Shown here one piece after another: positions 9,596-21,088 of a stretch of DNA of 64,000 nucleotides. The stretch is taken from contig JAKBMB010000028.1 in the NCBI GenBank assembly GCA_021831785.1, positions 162,620 to 226,619 of the forward strand. The letters run 5' to 3'. The translations under genes and the position numbers were made by a program. Every line of letters begins with the position of its first letter. The first letter of the stretch is position 1. This DNA comes from Deltaproteobacteria bacterium. Lineage in GTDB: Bacteria > Desulfobacterota > Binatia > Binatales > Binataceae. The notes under the pieces are model-generated. The model was not told the DNA's origin. It saw nothing but the letters and a program-made list of their open reading frames with translations, and ran no database searches.

Positions 9596-9762
9596 AACCC
9601 TGAAGCGAAAATAAGTCTTAGTGGGGCGGGCCGCGGTGCCCGCCAGTGCCCCGCGCGGGCAGGGCCACCCGCGCCACTGAGGCCCGCGGACCGGGCAACG
9701 TCCAACGCAGCAAAAAGAGGACTTCCGAGTTTTCATCGATGAAGTTATTTTCGCTTCAAGGT
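9596..9762 (+). mobile_element. MITE family A, copy 1 (contains a GTGG REP-like hairpin)
   Basis: Terminal inverted repeats ACCCTGAAGCGAAAATAA / TTATTTTCGCTTCAAGGT flanked by TA; inverted second copy at 36563-36775. Confidence 0.8.
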
Positions 9763-9779
9763 TAAGGTAAGAGGCGCAA

Positions 9780-10205
9780 GTGCGCCACGTGACGAGGTTT
9801 TTTCGCGAGCTGGACCATGTCGGTGACCTGGCGATTGAGGTCAACGCCCGCTCTCGCGCGGAGTTGTTTGCGCATGCTTTAGTGGCGCTGGCGCGGCTGA
9901 TGGTCGCGCAGCGAGGCATCAGGACGGTCGGGCGCCGCGAGCTTGAATGTGCCGCCGACGATGACTTCACTCTGATGCATGACGCACTGAGTCGTGCGCT
10001 CAACTTATTCTTGATTGACGGCTTCATCTGGCGCCGCGTCACGGTTGAAGAAAAGGGGCGGGGACTGGCGATTATCCTGTTTGGCGAGCAATACGATCGG
10101 ACCCGCCATGAGCTATTGGGCGAGATCAAGGGCGTGACCTTCCATCGCCTGTTCGTCGGCCAAGAGCACGGCGGTTGGCGCGCCGAGATAGTCTTCGACG
10201 TGTAG
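9780..10205 (+). CDS. Archease
   Basis: FRELDHVGDLAIEV, EIKGVTFH, C-terminal IVFDV; lies upstream of rtcB. Confidence 0.9.
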   Translation: MRHVTRFFRELDHVGDLAIEVNARSRAELFAHALVALARLMVAQRGIRTVGRRELECAADDDFTLMHDALSRALNLFLIDGFIWRRVTVEEKGRGLAIILFGEQYDRTRHELLGEIKGVTFHRLFVGQEHGGWRAEIVFDV

Positions 10206-10365
10206 CGGGCAAACGACGAATCGAGGCTGAGCCCATGAACAAGACCATCACGGTCGCCGCGCGCTCGAGACCTTCGCGGGCGTCGGCGCCGCTGATGGTG
10301 CCGGCCGCCATGGCGTCCGCGCACAAGGCGGGCCGGCGGCGCGGCGTCGGAGGACAGCATCAGTT

Positions 10366-11802
10366 ATGGAGCTAAAGCATATACGAGACTATCTGTGGGA
10401 GATTCCGCGCCACGGCGCGATGCGCGTGCCGGGGCGAATTTACGCCAGCAAATCGATGCTCGACGAGCTGCGCAATGACCCGGCGCTGAACCAGGTCGAG
10501 AATGTCGCCTGCTTGCCGGGGATTGTCGGTTATTCGCTGGCGATGCCGGATATTCACTGGGGCTACGGCTTCCCTATCGGCGGCGTCGCGGCGATCGACG
10601 CCGAACACGGCGTCATCTCGCCCGGCGGAGTGGGCTACGACATCAACTGCGGCGTGCGCCTGGTGCGAACCAGACTTAGGCGCGCGGATATCGAGCAAGA
10701 CATCGAGCGGCTGGCGGACAGGTTGTTCGAGACGATTCCCGCGGGCGTCGGTTCGCACGGCGCGATACCGTCGCTGGGTATCACCGAACTGAAGAAAGTC
10801 GTGCGCGACGGCGTCGGCTGGGCCGTTGCCAACGGCTACGCGCAGCCCGCGGACGTGGAGCGCATCGAGGAGGGAGGCCGTCTGGCGAGCGCCGATCCCG
10901 AGGCCGTGAGCGGCCAAGCTTATCAGCGCGGACAAAAGCAGCTCGGTACGCTGGGCTCGGGCAACCACTTCCTCGAATGCGGCGAGGTCGACCAGATCTA
11001 CCGGCCGGACGAGGCAGGGGCGCTGGGGTTGGAGCTCGGCCAGGTCACGGTCTTGATCCATACCGGCTCACGCGGTCTGGGCCATCAGACCTGCGACGAT
11101 TATCTCAAGGTGATCGACAAAGCGGCCGACCGCTATGGCATCAGACTGCCCGACCGCCAGCTCGCCGCGGCGCCGATCCAATCGCCCGAGGGCCAGGCGT
11201 ACCTGGCCGCGATGGCGGCGGCAGCCAACTTTGCCTGGTGCAACCGCCAGATGATCACGCACCTGGCCGAGCAAGCCTTCATGCAGGCGCTCCATCTCGG
11301 CCCGCGCGAGCTCGGCTTCGCCTTGGTCTACGACGTGTGCCACAACATCGCCAAGTTTGAAGAGCATCTGGTTGACGGCGCGCAAACCCGGCTCTGCGTG
11401 CATCGCAAGGGAGCGACGCGTGCTTTCGGGCCCGGTCATCCCGCGCTGGCGCGGTCGCTGCGTCCGCTCGGCCAGCCCGTTCTCATCCCCGGCGACATGG
11501 GGCGATACTCCTTTGTGCTAATCGGGCTGGAGCACGCGATGCGCGAAACGTTCGGCTCGACGTGCCACGGCGCGGGCCGCGTTCTAAGCCGGCATCAGGC
11601 CAAAAAGGCCGCTCGCGGCCGCGACCTTGTGGCGGAGCTCGCTCGCGCGGGAGTGGTGATCAGGGCGACGAGCCGCGCCACGATCGCCGAGGAGATGCCG
11701 ATGGCCTACAAGAACGTGGCTGATGTGGTCGAGGTGATGGAGGCGGCCGCGGTGAGCCGCAAAGTTGCGCGCCTTAAGCCTTTCGCCGTGATCAAAGGCT
11801 AG
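10366..11802 (+). CDS. rtcB: RtcB RNA ligase
   Basis: MPDIHWGYGFPIGG, GYDINCGVR, GTLGSGNHFLE, HTGSRG, HRKGATRA, STCHGAGR, EEMPMAYK. Confidence 0.96.
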   Translation: MELKHIRDYLWEIPRHGAMRVPGRIYASKSMLDELRNDPALNQVENVACLPGIVGYSLAMPDIHWGYGFPIGGVAAIDAEHGVISPGGVGYDINCGVRLVRTRLRRADIEQDIERLADRLFETIPAGVGSHGAIPSLGITELKKVVRDGVGWAVANGYAQPADVERIEEGGRLASADPEAVSGQAYQRGQKQLGTLGSGNHFLECGEVDQIYRPDEAGALGLELGQVTVLIHTGSRGLGHQTCDDYLKVIDKAADRYGIRLPDRQLAAAPIQSPEGQAYLAAMAAAANFAWCNRQMITHLAEQAFMQALHLGPRELGFALVYDVCHNIAKFEEHLVDGAQTRLCVHRKGATRAFGPGHPALARSLRPLGQPVLIPGDMGRYSFVLIGLEHAMRETFGSTCHGAGRVLSRHQAKKAARGRDLVAELARAGVVIRATSRATIAEEMPMAYKNVADVVEVMEAAAVSRKVARLKPFAVIKG

Positions 11803-11845
11803 CAGTAGTCTCATAAATGACCGTAAGGCCTGGATGTCGTTCTGA

Positions 11846-12049
11846 GAGTTGGTGAATTTTTGCGTAGTGGGGCGGGCCGGAGCCTGTTCTGAGCGAAGCC
11901 GAAGAATGCCCGCCATGATGCGCGGGCGCCAGGCCCGCGCGAGCAATGAATCACCGGCGGCCGGGCGGGCACGGCGGCCCGCCCCACTAGACACATCTCG
12001 GGCGCAGCCTACGGCGGCATGCGGTAGCGTGCCAAAAATTCACCGGCTC
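11846..12049 (+). mobile_element. MITE family B, copy 1 (204 bp, IS5/IS1031-like ends)
   Basis: TIRs GAGTTGGTGAATTTTTG / CAAAAATTCACCGGCTC flanked by TGA on both sides; related copies at 35124 and 43776. Confidence 0.85.
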
Positions 12050-12164
12050 TGAGCGCAACGAAGCATGGCGGGAAAGCGAAACTAGAAGCGGCCCAATCAA
12101 GCTTCGGCGAGCAGCCGCGAAGCGCAATGACGCGGGAGAACGCGCCGCCGCTTGGATAGCGCTC

Positions 12165-13763
12165 TCATCGCTTTTCGCGGTCGTCAGCGAGACCAGCTTG
12201 ACGGCCCTCGGCGGCAGCGGCGCGGCGGCCGTCGGCGGCAACGGCGCGCGTTAGCCAAAGGGCGGGGACAAACAGCAGCAGCGCAACCAGCGCTAAGGCC
12301 TGGTAGACGTTGTGAAACGCGAGTAGGTCGGCGCGGTTCCGGATGCCGGCGAGCAGCGCCGGTCGCTGCGCGGGCGCCACTTGCGAGAGCGCCGCGGCGG
12401 CGAGCAAGGACTGGTAGTGCGCGTGTCTGCGGCTCAGCAGCAGGTTGGTTGCCGCCGAAACCCCAAACGCCGAACCCATGTTCCTCATCATATTGAACAG
12501 ACCCGTCGCGTAACCCATGCGCTCGCGCTGCACAAACGACAGCGACAGCGCGGAGAGATTCGGAAATACCATCCCGGCGCCGACTCCCGACAGGAAGATC
12601 GGCCAGGTCAGCGCGTGCGAAGACGTATGCAGACCCCAGTGCGCCATTCGCCGGTTCGCGAACGCGATCGTAACGAAGCCCACGCCCACCAACGGGATGG
12701 TGCGATAGCCCATCCGCGAAAACTGCCCGACCAAAACCATCGAGGCCATCACGCCGAGCCCGCGGGCGGCAACCGTATACCCTGCCTTCGCCGGCCCATA
12801 GCCCATCAGTTGCTGAAGAAAAAGCGGGTTCATCAGGTTGACGCCGAAAACCACAAAAACCGTCATCACCAGCAGCGAGACACCCAGCCGGAACGAGCGC
12901 AGCTTAAAGACGCGAAGGTCGAGCACCGGGTTGGCGACGCGCGCTTCGCGAATCACGAGCAGGGTCAAAAACAGCGCCGAGCATGCGGTAAAGCCGACCA
13001 CCCACGGCGCCGCGAACCATCCCGAGCGCTGACCGCGGTCGAGCACGGTCTGTAAAAGGCCCAGCCCCAGTACCAGATACGCGATTGCCGGATAATCTAC
13101 CTTGCCTTGCGCCCGCGCGCCGCGGCGCAGATAGGGCGGGTCCTCGATAAACATGTAAACCAGCAGGAAGGCAAGCGCGCCTACCGGCAAATTGATGTAA
13201 AAGTTCCATCTCCAGTTCCAGTTCTCCGTGATCCAACCGCCTAGCGTGGGCCCCATCACCGGCGCCACCATCATGCCCATTCCCCATACCGCCATCGCCA
13301 GAGCGTGCTCGGCCGGAGGGAACACCTCCATCAGGATGGCCTGCGAGGTGGGCACCACGGCGGCCCCGGCCGCGCCCTGCACGAAGCGAAATACCACCAT
13401 CGCCGGAAGCGAAACCGCGGCGCCGCACAACGCCGAGGCCAGCAGGAAGGCCACTACCGAGCTTAAGAAGTAGCGCTTGCGCCCCATGCGCGCTGAAATC
13501 CATCCGGTCAGCGGAATTACGATCCCGCTGGAGACTAGATAAGAGGTCAAGACCCAACTGATGTGGTCCAAGTCGACGCCGAAGCTGCGCTGCATATAGG
13601 GCAGCGAAACGTTGACGATCGTGCTGTCGAGCAACGGCAGCAGGGCGGCGAGCATCACGCAAAACGCAATCAGCCATTTGCTGCGCGAAGGTCGCCACGC
13701 GGACGCCGCCGCGCTGGGCGCTGTAACTGCCATGCCTGGCCCCGCTTCAGCCCTGGTCGGCAT
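12165..13763 (-). CDS. DHA2 (EmrB/QacA) MFS efflux transporter
   Basis: LDSTIVNVSLP, WVLTSYL, GWISARMGRKR, GPTLGGWITENWNWRWNFYINLPVG. Confidence 0.92.
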   Translation of the reverse strand: MPTRAEAGPGMAVTAPSAAASAWRPSRSKWLIAFCVMLAALLPLLDSTIVNVSLPYMQRSFGVDLDHISWVLTSYLVSSGIVIPLTGWISARMGRKRYFLSSVVAFLLASALCGAAVSLPAMVVFRFVQGAAGAAVVPTSQAILMEVFPPAEHALAMAVWGMGMMVAPVMGPTLGGWITENWNWRWNFYINLPVGALAFLLVYMFIEDPPYLRRGARAQGKVDYPAIAYLVLGLGLLQTVLDRGQRSGWFAAPWVVGFTACSALFLTLLVIREARVANPVLDLRVFKLRSFRLGVSLLVMTVFVVFGVNLMNPLFLQQLMGYGPAKAGYTVAARGLGVMASMVLVGQFSRMGYRTIPLVGVGFVTIAFANRRMAHWGLHTSSHALTWPIFLSGVGAGMVFPNLSALSLSFVQRERMGYATGLFNMMRNMGSAFGVSAATNLLLSRRHAHYQSLLAAAALSQVAPAQRPALLAGIRNRADLLAFHNVYQALALVALLLFVPALWLTRAVAADGRRAAAAEGRQAGLADDREKR

Positions 13764-13835
13764 TGTTTGACGTCACCACCATGCGGAGGTCAAAAAGCCG
13801 CGCCGTCCCAGACCCAGCGGCCAACGCTCGGCCCG

Positions 13836-15797
13836 CTAGCCATGCGGAACCACCGGTAGGTCGAGTCGCGACGGATAACCGGCGTTGTGCTCAAAGCGAA
13901 GCCGCGGCGGGTCGCCGCCGAACGAAGCGAAGTGATCGCAGTCGGTGCCGGCCAGCGCAAGCCTAATCCAGTGGCCGCGCCGGAACAGGTAGGAGGCCGG
14001 CAGCAGGTCGAAAATCAGCGACGCGGCCGCTCCCGGCACAAGCATCTCGCGGTCGCGGCTCAAAAAACTATGGTACGGAAGAAACCGCAGCACAGGTATA
14101 GGAGAAGAACTCGGATCGCCCAGCCTGCGGTCGCTCGCCCGCAGCTCGCCCTCGGTAACGTAACCTACCCTGCCGTCCGGGGCGACGTCTTCGAGGTAGG
14201 CGAAGAAGTTGCCGTCGCTAGCGGTCGAGCTAACGTAGAGCGTCACGATCGGATGGCCGGTGACTTCGACATCGGCAGCTAAAGCAAGCGTGTCGTAGGT
14301 CAGGAGCCGACGATCCGCCTGACGCCGATCGCCGTAGTCGAGACGAGAAGAGCCCCCACTGAACTCGGGACCCATCAGGGGCTCCCACCGCGAGTGCCGG
14401 CCGGTCCCCGCATGGTAATCGACCGTGTAAACATCGGCGCCCTCCGAAGCGGCGGGCCGCGACAAGGTCAGCGCGTGACCCGGACCAAGATAGTAACTGA
14501 CCGTGGTTTGATTGGGGAGCGGCCAGCGGCTGGCCGTCTTCCACTTCTCCTCCACCATCGTGTAATAAGTTATCGGCGGCCCGTCCGCTGCGCCGTTGCG
14601 GATACGGCGAAGGTGGCAGTCGAAAAAGCGCAGCAGCGCGGCACCCTGATCGAACTTCTCGCCCGTGTTCACGTTGCGGAAAACGCCGTGAATCCACGGC
14701 CCGATAATCAGCTTCTGAGGATTGGCGAGAGTGAGCAATCGGGCCAGCGCGCCGCGCGCGTAGGCCGCGTCAAACCACCCGTCGAAGCTGTAGACGGCCG
14801 CGCCCGAGGCCGCAATGGCCGCGGCATAGAAATCAGGGCTGGAAACGCCGGTGACACCCAGTCCGTCTTTGAAAGCGCGGTCGGCATGTTGACGCACCAC
14901 GGGGCTGAAGCCGTCCAAGACGCCGCCGGCCTCGGGCGGAATATCATCCCGATAAACCATCGCGTTGAGGTAAGTGTCCAGGCGGATGTTGTTATGCTGG
15001 GCCAGCGCCTGCTTAAGCATCAAGCCGTCCGGGTCCTCGTCGACCGGCTGGATTCCGCTCACCGCCAGGGGCAAGTACCAATGAAACTTGGAGTACGCGC
15101 CGACGTCCAGCTTCGCCATCAAGCTGCTCCAGGTGCGAATAAACCACGCCAGATACACGCCGCCCGGAAAGGCGGTGTCCTCATAGGTGTCCCAAAAGGC
15201 GAAATATGGCGCGATCGCTTTCACCGCCGGATTGCGATTGGCGAGCAAAAACTCGGCGGATTCGCCCGAGTATGACAGACCCGTCGCGCCCACGTTGCCG
15301 TTAGACCAGGGTTGGCGGACGATCCAATTAACGACCTCGTTGGCGTCGGCGATCTCGTCCGGTGACCAGGGGTAGGCGATGCTGCCGAAAGACGCGCTCG
15401 ACCCGCGCACGTCAATCTCCACCCAGGCGTAGCCGTGTTTGGCGAAGAAGCGCGCGTAAGGCGGTGACGTATCGGCCAACCAGCTTAGCGGCCGGCGCAG
15501 CCGGATGCGCCGGCCGTAGCGCGACTGTTCCAAAATCGCCGGGATTTTTCTTCCCGGCGCAAGACCCTTGGGCAGATACAAGTCGACCGCAATCTTGACC
15601 CCGTCGCGCATCGTCAGGTAGCGCGACGAGTAAACCGCGCCGCCATATTCGGCCGCAGAGTCGGCGCGATAGCGGTGCGCCTGGCTCTCGCGCGCCGACT
15701 GCGGCCCGGCTTGCAAAGGGCGGCCGGCGAGGCTAAGAGTTAGAAGAAGCCCTAGTCCTACCAGCGGCGAAAACGTTGCATGCCTTTGGCGGTTCAT
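13836..15797 (-). CDS. CocE/NonD family serine hydrolase, secreted
   Basis: Signal peptide, MRDGVKIAVDLYLP, DVRGSSASFG, QPWSNGNVGATGLSYSG nucleophile motif, IIGPWIH. Confidence 0.9.
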   Translation of the reverse strand: MNRQRHATFSPLVGLGLLLTLSLAGRPLQAGPQSARESQAHRYRADSAAEYGGAVYSSRYLTMRDGVKIAVDLYLPKGLAPGRKIPAILEQSRYGRRIRLRRPLSWLADTSPPYARFFAKHGYAWVEIDVRGSSASFGSIAYPWSPDEIADANEVVNWIVRQPWSNGNVGATGLSYSGESAEFLLANRNPAVKAIAPYFAFWDTYEDTAFPGGVYLAWFIRTWSSLMAKLDVGAYSKFHWYLPLAVSGIQPVDEDPDGLMLKQALAQHNNIRLDTYLNAMVYRDDIPPEAGGVLDGFSPVVRQHADRAFKDGLGVTGVSSPDFYAAAIAASGAAVYSFDGWFDAAYARGALARLLTLANPQKLIIGPWIHGVFRNVNTGEKFDQGAALLRFFDCHLRRIRNGAADGPPITYYTMVEEKWKTASRWPLPNQTTVSYYLGPGHALTLSRPAASEGADVYTVDYHAGTGRHSRWEPLMGPEFSGGSSRLDYGDRRQADRRLLTYDTLALAADVEVTGHPIVTLYVSSTASDGNFFAYLEDVAPDGRVGYVTEGELRASDRRLGDPSSSPIPVLRFLPYHSFLSRDREMLVPGAAASLIFDLLPASYLFRRGHWIRLALAGTDCDHFASFGGDPPRLRFEHNAGYPSRLDLPVVPHG

Positions 15798-17218
15798 CGC
15801 GCGTGTGCTCGTTTCTCGGCCGGCCTGTCAAGCTTGCCGCAAGGCGGCGAACAACGCTGCTGCTTGCGTGCTACCTAATTTTTGTTGCGCCGGCGCGGTT
15901 GGCATCTGCGGGCGACCCGAGATGTGCCACGTCCGCGCACGCCGAGAGCTACTGCGTGGGCGCGGCCAAATGCGACCTGACGCCGCGCACGCTTGAGCGC
16001 ATCTTCCTCGGCGGCTACGGTTTCGGCCCCATGCGCCCGGCCGCCGGCGTAGCCGGCCCGCTCTACGTCCGCGCCCTGGCGGTCGCGCGCGGCGGCGCTA
16101 CGCTGGTCTTCTGCGCGATCGACAGCCAGGGTCATTTCCTTGCCTATCGCAACGGCCCGTACGGATTTGCCGACATCCGCAGGCGCGTCGCCGCCGAACG
16201 GGCGGTGGCCGAGCCCGCCATCGTTGCCGCCTCCACGCACGACCACAGCGCGCCGGACGACACCGGGGTCTGGGGCGGAGTGCCGGTCAGCTACCTTAAG
16301 TACGTGAGCGAGCAGACCGTGGCCGCCATCGAGGAGGCCATCGACAGCGAGCGTCCGGCGCGTCTGGTCTGGGCCCGGATCGACACTGCGCCCTACAATC
16401 TGCTGCAAAACGTCCTGCCGCCCGCCTACCCCATCGATCCGGTCCTGCGCGTGCTCGCGGCGCGCGATGAGTGCAGCGGCGTTATCGCTACCCTGGTTAA
16501 TTTTAGCGCACACGCCGACGTGCTCGGACAAGGCAACCGGCTGATCGCGCCGGACTGGCCCGGCGCCGCGGCGGCGCTTGAGCAGGCGGCGCCCGGTTCG
16601 GTCGCGATCGTTATGGCGGGCTCAATCGGGCGCACCGAGCCGCTAACCGCGGCTGATACGGCGGGCGACGACTTTGCCGCCGTCCGCACCTATGGCCAAA
16701 CCGTGGCACGGCTGGCGTTGCGCGCATTGGATAGCGCGCACGCTGTGGCCGGGCCGATTGCTGCGAGCCAAACCGAATTGCATGAAGCGGTGACCAACCG
16801 GGCCCTGCGCAATCTCGATTTCGAGGCAAAGCCGAACCTCTGGACTCGAACGCTGGCAGCGATTCTGCCGGCGCGGCTGCGTTTGAGGCTGGGCTTTACG
16901 GCTTACGGGGAGCCGGGCATCGACCTGCTGCTGCGCGCTGACTCGCCGCCGTATCTGCGGGCGGGCGACCGGCTGCAGACCGTGGTCGGCGCGGCGCGCA
17001 TCGGCGATCTGTTCTTCGGCGCGGTGCCGGTCGAATCGTACCCCGAGACCGGTATCGTGGTCGGGCAGAGGGTTCGCGCGAGGGAGCACTTCATCATGAG
17101 CCTTGCCGAAGACCAACTAGGCTATGACCCGCCTGCGTATGCGATGCCGGTAGTGCAGGAGTGCAGCCCCCCGACGAGGAATTTTTTACCGTCAGCGCAG
17201 ACCTCGGCGCCGACGTGA
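15776..17218 (+). CDS. Neutral/alkaline ceramidase-like exported hydrolase (possible frameshift near the C-terminus)
   Basis: VGAAKCDLTP, LYVRALAV, ASTHDHSAPD, LVNFSAHA, DWPG, VPVESY, DQLGY; start uncertain. Confidence 0.7.
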   Translation: MHAFGGSSRVCSFLGRPVKLAARRRTTLLLACYLIFVAPARLASAGDPRCATSAHAESYCVGAAKCDLTPRTLERIFLGGYGFGPMRPAAGVAGPLYVRALAVARGGATLVFCAIDSQGHFLAYRNGPYGFADIRRRVAAERAVAEPAIVAASTHDHSAPDDTGVWGGVPVSYLKYVSEQTVAAIEEAIDSERPARLVWARIDTAPYNLLQNVLPPAYPIDPVLRVLAARDECSGVIATLVNFSAHADVLGQGNRLIAPDWPGAAAALEQAAPGSVAIVMAGSIGRTEPLTAADTAGDDFAAVRTYGQTVARLALRALDSAHAVAGPIAASQTELHEAVTNRALRNLDFEAKPNLWTRTLAAILPARLRLRLGFTAYGEPGIDLLLRADSPPYLRAGDRLQTVVGAARIGDLFFGAVPVESYPETGIVVGQRVRAREHFIMSLAEDQLGYDPPAYAMPVVQECSPPTRNFLPSAQTSAPT

Positions 17219-17523
17219 CGCGCGCGCTCTTGTCGCAGGCACAAAAGCTAGGCTTTAGCGTGGCGGATACGTCGTACAGCGGGCTTTCAGGCGGGCCGGC
17301 CAAGCCGGTCTTCTGTCGCTAGCGATATTCCTGCCTGCCGGTGACGACCTGGCGTGCCGGTCACAGGCACCCACGCCCTACGGCTGCGAGCCCTGAGACG
17401 CTGTGCCTCACCGAGCCCATACCAGGACGCGCCGGTCAGGCGAAACAGCGCTCGAAACCACGATGAAGCCACGCGAGGGTTTGCCGCGGCGGACAAGATG
17501 CCCATGGAACAGGCGCGCGGGCC

Positions 17524-17736
17524 TTAGCCGACCTTTTCAGCCTTGCGTTCGGCGCCGTCGCCCGTCTCCGCGCTCTTCTTTTGCTCGGGCTCAGGCTCGC
17601 TGGTCGCGCGTTTGAAGTCGCGAATCGCCTTGCCCAGCGCGCCACCGATATCGCCCAGCTTGCTGGGGCCAAAGATGACCAGCACGATCAGCAAAAGGAT
17701 TAGCAAATGGGACGGAGCGAAAATATCCATAAACAC
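17524..17736 (-). CDS. tatA: Sec-independent translocase TatA/E subunit
   Basis: [33 protein letters not shown]. Confidence 0.92.
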   Translation of the reverse strand: MFMDIFAPSHLLILLLIVLVIFGPSKLGDIGGALGKAIRDFKRATSEPEPEQKKSAETGDGAERKAEKVG

Positions 17737-18108
17737 CCTCCGTGGGGCGGCCTTTGCGGCGCCAACGGATTGCGGAAAAGCGATTTTACGCCGCTCTTCG
17801 AACGGTTCTCAGGGCGCTCAGACTCGGGCGTAAGCGCATTTGCGCGTTCCTCAAGACGGCTTTTCCCGCCTCCTGCCGAAACTTAAGCTTAATCCTAGCT
17901 ACAACCAACTGCAACCGTTACCAACGTTGTTGGCAGCTAGGGCAGCGCGCCGAGATGCTGGCCGGGCAACCGCTCCCGGCGGCGCCTGGGCGAACCCCAG
18001 TCCTACTGGCGGCAGCGCCTGACGTGACGCCGCCCGACCCACATTGCTAGCCGAGGCACCGGTGCGAGGTGGGCTTCGGTGGCTTTATGCCACGCCATGC
18101 ACGCGACC

Positions 18109-18483
18109 TTAGTCATGCGACCCTCCTTGCCTGAAAATACGGATCCCCGCCGACCGAACCAGCCACAAACTGCCGGCCGGCCGATGACCACCGAGACCTG
18201 CAATTAGAGCTCTTAGTGCTTTATTCAAATGAGCACGCTTGGGTTTTCTGGGCAGCCGAAGAACTATTATTCCGGGATAATCGGCCGGATTATGCACGCA
18301 AGGATCGGCCAAACCCCGGTCCAGGCTGATGAGAGCCCGGCCTTCAACTCGACAGCGATCCAGTATTTCGTGGTCGGAAGCTGATAAGAGAGCTTGTTCG
18401 GCAACGCTGCGAACGTCGTGGCCCGCTTCGCACAACATATCCGCGCCGCGCCTCCCTAGGTTTTCGTCCAACTTCAGTTTCAC
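18109..18483 (-). CDS. DUF5615 PIN-like toxin
   Basis: MKLKLDENL...GHDV...SDHEIL...EGRALISLD...GIIVLR; overlaps the DUF433 stop. Confidence 0.88.
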   Translation of the reverse strand: MKLKLDENLGRRGADMLCEAGHDVRSVAEQALLSASDHEILDRCRVEGRALISLDRGLADPCVHNPADYPGIIVLRLPRKPKRAHLNKALRALIAGLGGHRPAGSLWLVRSAGIRIFRQGGSHD

Positions 18484-18764
18484 TCGCTGTCGCCAAGGAC
18501 GATGTCAACAAAGCGCCCGCGCGCCATCTCCGCACCGTAGGCTATACAAGCGCGTATGTCAGCCTCTTCGATACCGGGATAGTCGTCGAGAATTTCTTCG
18601 ATGGTCATCCCGCCCGCCAGGAAGTCGAGGATTAAAGACACCCAGATTCGATGGCCGCGAATGCAAGGTTTGCCATGGCATACGTTCGGATCGATTGTGA
18701 TGCGCGAAAGAAGGTCCTCGCGGCCCACGCTTCTGTCACGAGCTGGCTTCTTGTTCTTCTTCAT
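18480..18764 (-). CDS. DUF433 family antitoxin
   Basis: RITIDPNVCHGKPCIRGHRIWV..ILDFLAGG....EILDDYP....DIRACIAY. Confidence 0.92.
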   Translation of the reverse strand: MKKNKKPARDRSVGREDLLSRITIDPNVCHGKPCIRGHRIWVSLILDFLAGGMTIEEILDDYPGIEEADIRACIAYGAEMARGRFVDIVLGDSE

Positions 18765-18934
18765 CAGAGAGCCTCCATCGTGTCTCGACGCCCTAAGGAT
18801 TTTTTACGAGTGCTCTGCCGGAACGACGCGCTCTTGCATAAGAGCAGTCCCGAAACCAAACGCCCGATGGATGTCCTCGCGCTCCGGCTCAGGCCATTCC
18901 CGCCTACTTCATCCAGCCCCCGCACCGGTTTCGC

Positions 18935-19540
18935 TTACTTCTGTCCTTTTGTCTCCGATGGACCGGACGGCCGCATCTCGACCTTTGTCACCCGGGCGTC
19001 CCTCGCCGGTTCGATCAGCAGCCCCTCTGCAATCTTGAGGACTGCCCGTTCCGTATCGTCAAGCTCATCTCCCCTGCCTCGCTCGCGCCTCGCGTCGACA
19101 ACCAAGTTTAGTAGATCGGCTTGAGTCCGGTTGTCTGCCGCCTTTTCGCCTGCCTCGACAGCGCGTCGTAACGTGTTTTCTCTTCGCCAGTTAGTAATGA
19201 AGTCGGCGATAACGCGTAGTAATCTTCCTACTACCATGCCCGATACCACCAACTCGACGAGACCAGGCGAGGACAGGCGCACGCGATGTATCCGCATCGC
19301 TTGAGAGTCGCTCGGGCCTACCCAGGGAGGCGATTGCGCCAGCCATCGCCAAGCTAGGTTCGTTCCCCAGAACGGATCGGGACGGCTGTAGAAAAGTGGC
19401 AGATACGGTCTCACGCCGTCCTCCACGACGGCGAAAATGAGGCGGTAAGCACCGTCTATGCTAGCCAGTAGCTGTGCGAGCTCCGCAGCTTTCCAAGTGC
19501 CGCCTAGTTCAAAACGAATCACTCCGGCTTCGTCGGGCAT
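18935..19540 (-). CDS. Hypothetical protein
   Basis: 201-aa ORF with GGGGAG RBS in a lower-GC stretch; no family recognised. Confidence 0.6.
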   Translation of the reverse strand: MPDEAGVIRFELGGTWKAAELAQLLASIDGAYRLIFAVVEDGVRPYLPLFYSRPDPFWGTNLAWRWLAQSPPWVGPSDSQAMRIHRVRLSSPGLVELVVSGMVVGRLLRVIADFITNWRRENTLRRAVEAGEKAADNRTQADLLNLVVDARRERGRGDELDDTERAVLKIAEGLLIEPARDARVTKVEMRPSGPSETKGQK

Positions 19541-19622
19541 GAGACTACTACTCCCCCGTTAACGATCCCTTGAATAGATCGCTCTGAGAGTCTTCTGCCG
19601 AGGCAGCGCGTGCGGGAAAGCG

Positions 19623-21080
<1,458 letters not shown>

Positions 21081-21088
21081 TTAACTGC

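Noticed and set aside
10175-10375. Small ORF between archease and rtcB
   Set aside because: Low-complexity Ala/Arg sequence with no recognisable motif
11811-12052. Short ORFs repeated at 11.8 kb and 35.1 kb
   Set aside because: They are translations of the non-coding MITE repeats
17895-17942. Imperfect hairpin CCTAGCT...AGCTAGG upstream of tatA
   Set aside because: Single copy with a mismatched stem; cannot be assigned as an ncRNA, terminator or operator
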